Positions 36,220-46,054 of a DNA stretch of 64,000 bases are shown piece by piece; within the stretch, counting starts at the first letter, position 1; each line of letters begins with the position of its first letter. The stretch is from Yuukianura sp. NJ FZ-2021. Taxonomy: Eukaryota. Below the pieces are notes generated by a model that saw only the letters and a program-made list of their open reading frames with translations, ran no database searches and was not told the DNA's origin. Where the stretch lies: NCBI GenBank assembly GCA_046563655.1, contig CM102283.1, positions 7,564,001-7,628,000 of the forward strand, in the 5' to 3' direction. Position numbers and translations under genes: made by a program.

Positions 36220-36807
36220 TCTGGACGCTAGGAGTTCAAGTAACGCTAAACTGCAAGTCCAGACTAAATATTTTGGAAATTCCACACTTTTTATGAAAAA
36301 AGTTTTTCATAAAATCTTTTTTACTTTTACAATGAGATATTAAATTATGGTTCTGATTCATTAACGTGAATTGGACATCCAGCAATTCCGATCGGTTTTA
36401 TATACAGTTTCCCGTTATGCTAATTTTTGTAAACAAGAAAAACAACACGTTCACTCAGAATGCTGACATCACACATGCGCACATTCCAAACGATACATCG
36501 TGGGAGAAGGTTGATTTACCTTGTGCCTCACTAAAAACTATGTGAATTTTTTAAATTACTTTGTTTTCATGTTACTTTTCACTAGAATTTGACAAATCTC
36601 GAATGATCTGAAAAGACAACAAGATCATTGACGTCCAATTTTTGAATTTTGTGCCAACAAAAAATTGGTTTGGAGAGAATTAAAAGGTTTTTATTGTTAA
36701 TGCTAATTTAAATTTAAATTAGAAAGTGATAAATAGGGAAACACAGTTTGGATTTTGTTCGATTGTTTTGGCTCCTTCACTGCCTTGTTTCCCATGTGAA
36801 GTCCGTA

Positions 36808-39800
36808 TCATCTTTTGACCTGCGTGACCTGCACAATGGGAATCTTCATTTTTTGGTTGACCTTTGACCTCTGTTGTTGGTCAATTAAGGGCTTGATGGA
36901 AGGAAGGATAAGGGATCCGGCACACAACGTGGCCCCACTAAGTCCAAATGATGTCGACTCAGAGCGAGTTAAGGGCTGTGAAGAGCTGTTCCCGCTAATT
37001 GCTTTTTTGATTTTGTTTTTTAACCAATTGGCTCCTGAAATTGTGTTGCGGGCATTTTGAATATGGTAGAACGGTGAGTCATCGGAATTGAGTCGTTTCA
37101 GTTCCATACTTTGGCTAGCCTGAGAAATTAACCACAATTGGACATTGTTAACTTTAACTAACTTAAGTTAATTGAAGTTAACCTAATCAAGTGGAACTTA
37201 CTGGAAAAGTTCGATGGTTGTTTGAATTTAAGTCGGCTGGTGGACTGCCGACGGATTGACAGTGATTGTCACGCGCAGCTCGGACGATCACTTCTGCGCA
37301 TATGTGTCTCCCACACAGTCGAGCCCATTCCATAGGCGTCATGTTTCGACTGTAATCTCTGATGTATGGTGAAGCTCCTGAAATGCACCAAAACTAGGGG
37401 TCGAAATTCGTCGTGGTTTTTCCCAAATCCGAATTCCGAATTTATCCGAATTTCATCTCGGCAAAATCCGAATTCAGATTCGGATTTCATTTTTTTAAGA
37501 AATTAGCCCCTTACGTAATAGAAATGAAAAAATAACACTTTTATTTATAATTGAACACTAACTACCCGTTTATGTTGAGCTTGTTAAAAAGTATTGAAAC
37601 TCAGTAGTGAACACTACGACTCTCGGTAAATGAGAGAACCTGAAAATATGAACGAAGAAAGTGTCATCGCTTAGGCGTGCTCGTATTTTATTACAAAAAT
37701 ATCCGGCAGATGAAAATGATCTCTCCGCTTCAACTGTTGTTGGTTGGTGAAACAATTTTTAGGAAATTGTAGCAGAGCTGCAAATGTAGTCCCCGGTTAC
37801 CACCATTTTCGAACATGGTCATTTCCTTCTTAATTGTTGCCGTTAAGTCCTTTTCACCAGATTTTTTTTAATCGATGAGCACGCTTTGAGATGCCATCTA
37901 ATGCCTGATCGAGTTTTGATTCCAGTTCAGTACGTAAGCGTTTGTTCTTTTTTGCTAAATTCTGGGATTCTTCAGTTACTTCAATTTCTTGCTCTTAAAA
38001 TTTAAATTCGCGCCTACATCTATTTAAGTCTCAAATTCGTCTGAATCCGAATTCGCATGATGTCAAATCCGAATTCCGAATTATTCGGATTCGTCAAAAA
38101 TTCGGATTTGAATCCGAAGTTAAAATCCGAATTTCGACCCCTAACCAAAACATAAACTTTTTGATTTTTTTTTTTTTCGAAATTTTGAATTCTTTAAAAT
38201 CAAAATTTACCTGCAACAATTAAACTTTTTGCAACACGACTTCTGCCCTGCAGAGCTGCTTTGTGCAATGGTGTGAGGCCTGTTGAATTTCGACAGTTGG
38301 GGTCAATGACCCCTTCGAATTTAAGAAGCAGCAAATCCACTGCTGTTGATTGGCCTATAAAAAATCAGGCCACAAAAACTTGAAATTTCAATAAAAATTT
38401 ATTTTTAGTAATATAAATATATAATTTGTGTAGAAATTAATAATTACCTGCTTGAGCTGCATAATGTAAAGGCGCATTTCCGTCGTTGTCTCCTAAATTC
38501 GGATCTAATCGTCTTAATTTGCTCAGTTCTTCAATAATTGTAACGTTCCCAAACGCACAAGCAAAGCTCAGGGCCGTCTACAAAGAAAAAAAAATGAAAA
38601 GTTAAGAACATACTCTAAACAAAAGTTATACGGACAAGTGACAAAAATTGCCAATTCGATTTTTTTCCGGCTCCAAAAAGTAGTAAACAAAAATACATTT
38701 TGCAACTTTTCAAAAAAGGAATTAGACTTTTTCCTAATTAAAACTCATCAACACAACAAGACTCGTGAGGAAAATTTTTCGTAAAGATGTTTTAATTAAA
38801 AATTGTGTCATGTTTGAATATGTATTGTGTTCAAAGTTTTTTGAAAAACATTGACATGTTTTGGCCCGCTTTCAAAAAGATTTGAAGCAGGAAGTTCAAA
38901 TGTTATACTTTTTGTCTACGTAGCAAAATTTTTCCTTGTCAAAGTAATTTCTGGGTTTTGATTTCCAACGATTTGCTTTTGTAGTTTAGAATTTCAATTG
39001 AAAGTTAAACATTTTAGCTGACACTGGATCTTGTGGAAATGTCGAATCAGCGTCAATCCCACGGTTGAGTCCGAAAGCCTAACATATTCTTTTTTCTATT
39101 TAGTTAACGCTCCAGTTTTAAATATGTTTATCCTTTCATACTTTTAATGACTGTCCGTTTTTTCCTAAAGTCATTCCGTCTTTAAGTTACATCAGTTTCA
39201 TTCAATTGTGATTCAAGTCAACAGGGCGTCCAGAAACCACTCCAGAATTAATTCTAAATCTTCAGTTTAGAGAATTTTGAATTTGAAAATTCAGTTTTTC
39301 AAAATGGCAAATCCTCAATCAAATCACCTTGCTTGTCTAATGTGTCAAAACGAATTGAAGAGAATCTACACCTCTGATCCACTGAACCAGTTACAACCAA
39401 TAGTTACTCCCTGCGGACACATTTTTCACAAAAAATGCTTAGAGGCAGTTGTACTGCGTCAATCTGTTGGAACCGTTGACCCTCGACTGCTGGACACACA
39501 TTTTGAAGCGACATGCGTACTATGCAAAACCAAGTTTTCAATTGACAAGTCTCTAAAGGTCAACTCCAACACTCCGCACAGAAGGCTAAGCGATTCCGAA
39601 CAGTCATCGCAGCATCATGTCGCAACTGACCAACTTTTGCAACAAGCTACCCAGCCTGGCGTCGATCAGCCGCCGCAGCACATTTACGTTTCGACAGACG
39701 CGGCAGCTGCAGAAGTAAATGGCCTCCGAGCACTTGTTCAACAATTGGAAGAAGAAAAACAAGCTTTGGAAACGTGTTTACGAGATGCAGATTTGGAGAA

Positions 39801-42800
39801 AGATGTTTTTGCGGCCAGATTACAAGAATTTCGATTTGAAATTTTTGAAACTATTTCAAAAATGGATCAGTTTTTGGAAAAAATTGCAATTAAAGCGTCA
39901 CTAGCTTCAGCAGCTTCTGAAGTGCCCAGGGCAAGGTCATCAGTTGAACAAGCTCAGCAACTTTCGGGCTTAACAATTCAAACTGGTGGATCCACTAACG
40001 CGGGTAATTTTTTTTAAATTGAGAGTTTTTGAGCCAAGTTTAAAAAGCAAGTCTAAAAATTAGCTCATATTTTCAGATACTGCAGATGAAATTGTGGTGG
40101 GTGCAGTTGCATCGGCGCAGTTGCCATCTCCAGCGCCATCTACATTGTCAATGTACTCAACCGTCAGAGGAAGCAGGACCGTATCGCGCCAAGGTAGTAC
40201 AGCAACTACAACCAGTTCATACCACACTGCTGCCACGTCAAGCAGTACTGCCAGCAGTGGGAATCGCTCCAGTTCCTCCACTGTGTCATTTCCAACTACT
40301 GGCCCCACCCTACAAAATGGACTAGCAAGAAATTTCACTCAAAGCTTCCCATCTCTTCATGAACCGAGATCCAATCGTAGGAGCAGAACTGTGTGGCAGA
40401 AATTTTCAAATTTGATGAATCCGGGCAAAAGTCGTTAGGATAAATTCAAGGGTCAAAGGTCATTCGTAACGTAATCAAAGGCCCAAGCTTGTAGCATTTT
40501 TCTTTACAAAATTATAACTTTGTTGAAAACAAAAACTATAACGAAAATTGATTTTTTAGATAATAGAAAAATTAGAAAAATAGAATTTTGAAATTAATTT
40601 TTTCCAAAGTAATTTTTTAGGTACTGGGCATATGAAAAACGGAAAACAGAAATGTTGAAAAAACACAATCTTATGGTTTGTTTAATAACTTGAAATTTTG
40701 TTTGCATTGTAAATAAAACAAAATGCTGTAAACTTATCTGCTTCCTTGTTTTTTTTTACAACTTTTAAGAACAGACATGATTGGCGCTTCGAAAATATTT
40801 TTCGGTGTCACGTATAATCATTGTATATTGTATAAACTTTTATGACTGAATGTTATTGTATTTTTTACTAATCGTTGGTAATACCATTGTTCTTTTTGAA
40901 ACTGGACACTTCAAGCTAAAAGCGGTAGCTTGCGCGTACAAGTTGTCGCTGTCCTTGCATTAGCGTTAAGAGAAAACTCTCTTACGCTAAAGCCAGCTCA
41001 TACGCGAATTAAAAAACACAAATACTCTAATATGTCTTCTGGAAAATTTCTGTCCAATTCGGTTTTAAGGAACAATTTGGTTCCTACTAGCAGTTTTTAA
41101 TGAAATACGAAAAATATTCATTGACACTTTGAGTGGATCTCACGACACTGTGTGGTACATCTCATTATACTTAAGAATTGGCATTAGAAAGGATGGAAGG
41201 CGTCTTTCGCGAAAGTAAGGGTAGCAGAAATCATTATTGTTTGGAACAATGTTCTAACTTTTGTTCAAAATGTTTTGAGGCGTCTATCAAGAAGGCCACG
41301 TTGATGTCGACATTGGATTTCCGAACATGGATGATATTCGTATTCGCGGGAGTTTTCCACGTATTAAGCCACGAACTGAGCGACCTGAATTGGATGGAAA
41401 AGAACTCAAAACCCTCGAGTCGAAACTTTGGAGCTGGGCAGATGAATACTTTGACCTGTCAAAACGGCCCCAATACTTCCAAAATCTCGCCGCAGCTACT
41501 ATCTCACTAGTACCTTCCATCGAGCCTTGGACATCATTGGACAGTGACGTGATGGACCTCGAAATGAAATTTGTGTTTTGGTGTAGCCTGCTTGACGACT
41601 ATATTGAGGAATCTCCACCTACTGCTGCGAGGCTGATTCGAGAGCAAAACGAATATTTTGAGCGACTGTGGTGTCAAGATGTCCACCCTTCCACCCTTGC
41701 ATATCCAACAGAATTCTGCGACCTCTTTGCTCCACTTTGTGATTCCTTGGTTTATATTCGTGAGCGCATGCGATTGTATCAAGGATTTGAGCATGGATTT
41801 CCTACGTTCATTTATTATCGTACGAGGTACGACAGGGCCACTGAACTCATTTGCTCCATTCGGAATCAACAGTTTCTCAACCTAGACATGTTCAGATACT
41901 GGAGAAATATTGTATTTTATGTTGAGGGGATTACATTAACATTTGCTATGTTACATGACATTTTGCCAGGAAAGGTAATCTTGGAATCACCTTATTTGCT
42001 GAGACTATTTGAGGTTGCAAATTCGTATGGATTTTTAGTCAATGACATTTTTGGAATCAAGAAGGATTTTGAAAAAAAAGAACAAAATATTATATTGTTC
42101 AAGCTAAAGGGGAAGCTGGACCAAACGGATCTGCAGAAGGAGCTGAACATATGTATGGAACAAATTGTTCAAAAACTAAAGGAAGACGTTGTTGAGTACC
42201 TCGACCTTCGAGGTAGACTTGTTAATTTGTATCCATCAAACTCAAAATTGCTAAAGTTTTTAGACCTGTTGGACAACTTCATGGACGGGCAATTACATTT
42301 GTATGTGCAAAGTCCTAGATATATACTGACGCCTACGGATTCAATCAGTTTGAAACGTTCGGTTTGAAACGCTTCATCTAAGATTCCGATTTGGTGATTA
42401 GAAACTCTATGCTTCTTAAGCAGACTTTCAAAAACGCTTTTGTCATCACGTTCAAGAGGTCAACACTATTCAAACCAAAAAAGGATTTCATATTTTCAGT
42501 TCTTAGATTTCAAAATTTTCATTTCAAAAAAGTTTCGGATGTTATTAGAATGCCCAAATGCAAATAGTACGGTTGAAAAGTTGGGAAACGTAAAATTTTA
42601 GTTACCAAAAATAAAAGTTCATGTAAACTGAAATCTTTAATAAAAGCTCTAAATGTTTATGTCGCTAGGTTTTATCTTTTACTGTTGACAGATTTTTTTT
42701 AAAGTTAAATTCCTCGATGCAAACTAACGTTAAAGTTAGACGCCTTTTGTCTTGTGGAGTGATTCATAGCACTTTATTTTTCATGAAAGGCAAATGCAAT

Positions 42801-45800
42801 CAAATAGTGGCCCATTTTTAAACAAAGGACTTTAAGTTTTTAGTTTCTTGTTCAGTAGTTAAATGTGTTCGGTACAGAGTGGACGGAGCCCTGCTTAGAG
42901 CAATATTCAAACAAAAAAGTTCATTTTGACCTATGACCTTTGACCTCTGTGGTACAAAACCAACCTAACTTAAAATGTTTCACTGTGTAATTTGCATGAA
43001 TACTCAAGATTTTCAAAAGAAACGCAACGCTTCGCCGATTTCTACTCCATGTGGTAAGTTCCAAGCTCTAAATTATTTTTCCAACATTTTTAATTTTGAC
43101 CTGATCAAATTTCGATTACGAACATAACAGGTCTTAAGTAGATTCAAATTTTGAGCTCGAAAATTCTAATTTCTCAAAACTCGTAACTTTCTGTCACCTT
43201 TCGGTACGAATTTTGCAGCTTTTTTCAAGTTTCCCAAAATTAAGCAATTGACCTTCCATTTCAAATTTTCTCATTGACATTGATATGGTAGTGGCCCAGT
43301 TTTTTTAAAAACTTTAAAAAACCAAAACTTTTTCGGTGTGTTTTAAGGTCATGTTTTCCACCGACGCTGCCTCACGCGTTGGATAATTTCCAAGCGAACC
43401 TCGTCTGCCATGGATGAAAACCGGGTCAGAGGATTTGAACAGACGACGTGTCCAAGTTGCAATTCGCGGTTCTATGAAGAGCAATGCGTGCAACTCTTCA
43501 TTGTCGAGCCGGAACAAATTGACAAATCAGCACAAACAGATTTTAACGTAGAAAAAACGGCCAAACCGGAACTCGTTGAAGATGAACCAAAAATTCCTAC
43601 TGAAAATTATGAACTGGCTATGGAAAAATTGGAACTGGAGATTCAGTTGACCGTAGTCAAACAACAAGCAGAGAAATTGCAAACGACTGTCATCAATTTA
43701 CTTGATCACTATGTCAATACAGCAATACGATTGGAATTGGCTGAGAATATTATTGCTTCCCACAAAATTGGTAAAAAATACAACCATTTTCACAGTTTCA
43801 ACATTTTCAAAAATTTGAAATTTTCCCGCAGATTCTGTTTTGGCCATTTCCAAACTGATGATGGATGCGGGACTTTGGAACAAACGAGGTTTCGAACAAA
43901 GAGTGAAAAAACGGGGCATTTGGAGAAAAATTTTCAAAACTGTTTTGCGACCGGCGTCAGCTTAAAAGTTCCCGCCCTCAACCTTGAACTTTCAAAACTT
44001 CATGTCCAAAATTTAAATTTTGCACAACAAAATTAACATTTTTTTCATAACTATTACCATAAATTTTGTTAAAATGACCCTGGCTCTTAACCTTGAATGT
44101 TTTGTTTCTCAAAAAGTCATTTGTTTTAGTCGTAACTTGAAAGTGCAGAGACGTAACTTGACCTTTAAATTTCTCTGCAGAAAATGCTTTTCTAAAATTT
44201 TAGAGATTAGAAAAAAGTAGAGTTGGTCAAAAAGTGGTTACGTGCCAAAGTCCATTTGCTTAGGGATTTAGTTTAGGTTTTCAAAATGTCATGTGACTTT
44301 TGTACTTCACTTGGATTTTGTCATCGTAAATTCCATGTGCATGTTTAAGTCACACTGAAAAGAACGTTGCGTGTTTCCCGCCGTCTCCTGACACATTTCA
44401 GTTTCATTTGTTAAGGAAAACATTGAAATGCAATATTTTAATTTCAGCATTTGAACAAACGCGCCTTGAATTTTTTTGTTGAAAAACTTATTACGTAATA
44501 CTAAAACAAAGCAGGGGGGCGAGAACAAATGCTAAAGCCAAGAATTACAAAAGATTTAGAACACAAGAAACTTTTGCGTAACACTTTTGAATCACAAGAT
44601 TTTGAAACAAAAGTTTTGGCTTTGTGTAGGTTTTAAAATTTCTTAAAATAAATTTTCACTTTGACCTTGACTTTTGTGAGGTTCAGCTTTTTTGAAATTT
44701 TGAAATTGTCTAGCACATGACTTAAGTAATTTTGATGTTAGTTTCTTTTTTGCTACTCCATAAAAGTTTCATCATTTTGAAAATAAACATTTTGTAAACG
44801 TGTAAATGGAGCAGAAACCGCATGAGCTTAAAAGTCAGGCTTTGGAATTTTTGTTTCATTTCAGACAGGTTTTTGGGAAGAGAGCCAAATGGAGTAGCAG
44901 ATTTTGAAAGATTTTAAAACAAGGTTTTAGAACAAGATTTTTTAAAGAGTGAGAATAACTTACGCGTCCTGTTTGATCTTGGAAGTTAACCAGAGGAGCC
45001 ACTTCGGTAGAGCCCATGCAACACATTTTGCGCACTAATTCTTTTACTTTTCGTTCGTTATTGGACTGACAGGAGTCCACAAGGGCGAAGCCAGTAATGA
45101 ACTCATTTTGACGTGCACTTTTCGATTGAAGTTGGGAATTTGTTAAGTTTGGCTGAGGACCCTTGACATGTCCATTACTCACGGTTGACATTGTGTCTTC
45201 TTCGTCGAACTGAAACAAAACAAGTAAAAACTTAGGTTTCAAAAGAATCCAAGGTCTTTGAGTTTCGAAAACCGAAATTTCGGATTCCTTCAGGTTGCAA
45301 AAACCAAAATTCTGGAATTCCTCAGGCTCCTAAGCAACAATTTCCAAATTTCAAAGCATTCCGTGGATACAAAACCAAAAATGATAAAATTCGGCAGGTA
45401 CAATGCAAAAACGTAAAAAATTTCCACGGACAAAAAAAACAGAATCTTGTAAATTCCTTAAACACAAGCTGAATGCAACGGAATTATAAAATTCTACAAA
45501 CTGTATAAGTAAAAATAGCAAAATTTGAAAAGTTAGAGTAATTTTTAAAAAAAAAAATGAAGCTAAGAGTACTTATTTTGGAAAAAGTTTTCCCAGAAAA
45601 TAGCTTACTATTTCGACTTCGTTGATATCCAGTGGAAGACTCAGGTTTCGTTCAATTTTGGAACTTTTCAAATCTTCTTCCGCCGTCGTTTGTTCTGAAC
45701 AAATCTCCAAGGAATTTGAATTTCGAAACTTTTGTTTCTTCAAATTGGATTGAAACTCTTCATCACTTTCACCTACTGATTCCGCTGCTTTCATCTCCGT

Positions 45801-46054
45801 CCAGAGTCCACATTCCTCTAACTCCTCTGACTTTTTTCTATTTGAACAAGATTTTGAATAGCGCAAATAAGGGTTTGCGTACGTTTTGATCAAATCTGAC
45901 TCTGTTGTTGATGACACGAGGACTCCGCGGCGGTACGTGAGTCGAATGGGGGGCTTTGTTTGGGGGACGGTTGTGATTGGTTGTTTTAAAGAATAGTCGC
46001 CAAAGTCTTCACTACCTCCGACCGTCAGGAATCCGAAACTGCAACTGACTTTCT
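36808..46054 (-). CDS. ANKRD33B-like ankyrin-repeat protein; exons ~46054-45609, 45209-44964, 38577-38448, 38353-38211, 37377-37202, 37119-36808; 5' end uncertain
   Basis: Spliced repeats DQTGRTALSFACAFG...DNDGNAPLHYAAQAG...RNSTGLTPLHKAALQGR...AGASPYIRDYSRNMTPMEWARLCGR, which resemble the ANKRD33/33B pattern. Confidence 0.8.
37395..38143. mobile_element. Non-autonomous hAT transposon (749 bp) in an ankyrin-gene intron
   Basis: 16-bp perfect TIR TAGGGGTCGAAATTCG; perfect 8-bp TSD ACCAAAAC (37387-37394, 38144-38151); subterminal ATCCGAATT repeats; internal hAT dimerisation remnant PTTVEAERSFSSAG on the minus strand. Confidence 0.95.
39304..40438 (+). CDS. RING-finger/coiled-coil protein (TRAIP/RFWD3-like architecture) with Ser/Thr-rich tail; 2 exons (39304-40003, 40077-40438); nested in the ankyrin intron
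   Basis: CLMC...TPCGHIFHKKC...CVLC RING-H2 pattern, then heptad LRALVQQLEEEKQALE. Confidence 0.8.
41327..42367 (+). CDS. Intronless microbial-type class I terpene synthase (346 aa)
   Basis: Asp-rich LDDYIEE (~41594); effector Arg region YWRNIVF; NSE/DTE-type NDIFGIKKD (42041-42067); C-terminal SPRY (RY at 42317-42322). Alpha-domain-only size. AATAAA near 42610 and 42639. Confidence 0.85.
   Translation: MDDIRIRGSFPRIKPRTERPELDGKELKTLESKLWSWADEYFDLSKRPQYFQNLAAATISLVPSIEPWTSLDSDVMDLEMKFVFWCSLLDDYIEESPPTAARLIREQNEYFERLWCQDVHPSTLAYPTEFCDLFAPLCDSLVYIRERMRLYQGFEHGFPTFIYYRTRYDRATELICSIRNQQFLNLDMFRYWRNIVFYVEGITLTFAMLHDILPGKVILESPYLLRLFEVANSYGFLVNDIFGIKKDFEKKEQNIILFKLKGKLDQTDLQKELNICMEQIVQKLKEDVVEYLDLRGRLVNLYPSNSKLLKFLDLLDNFMDGQLHLYVQSPRYILTPTDSISLKRSV
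42975..43987 (+). CDS. Second RING-finger/coiled-coil protein; 3 exons (42975-43053, 43348-43770, 43832-43987); nested in the ankyrin intron
   Basis: Spliced MFHCVICMN...STPCG|HVFHRRCLTRW...TCPSC RING-H2, then coiled coil MEKLELEIQLTVVKQQAEKLQ. Confidence 0.78.

Noticed and set aside
41327-42367. Bacterial contamination, or an isoprenyl-diphosphate synthase
   Set aside because: It lies inside an intron between spliced animal genes with downstream AATAAA signals. It has an NSE/DTE-type motif and RY rather than a second DDxxD.
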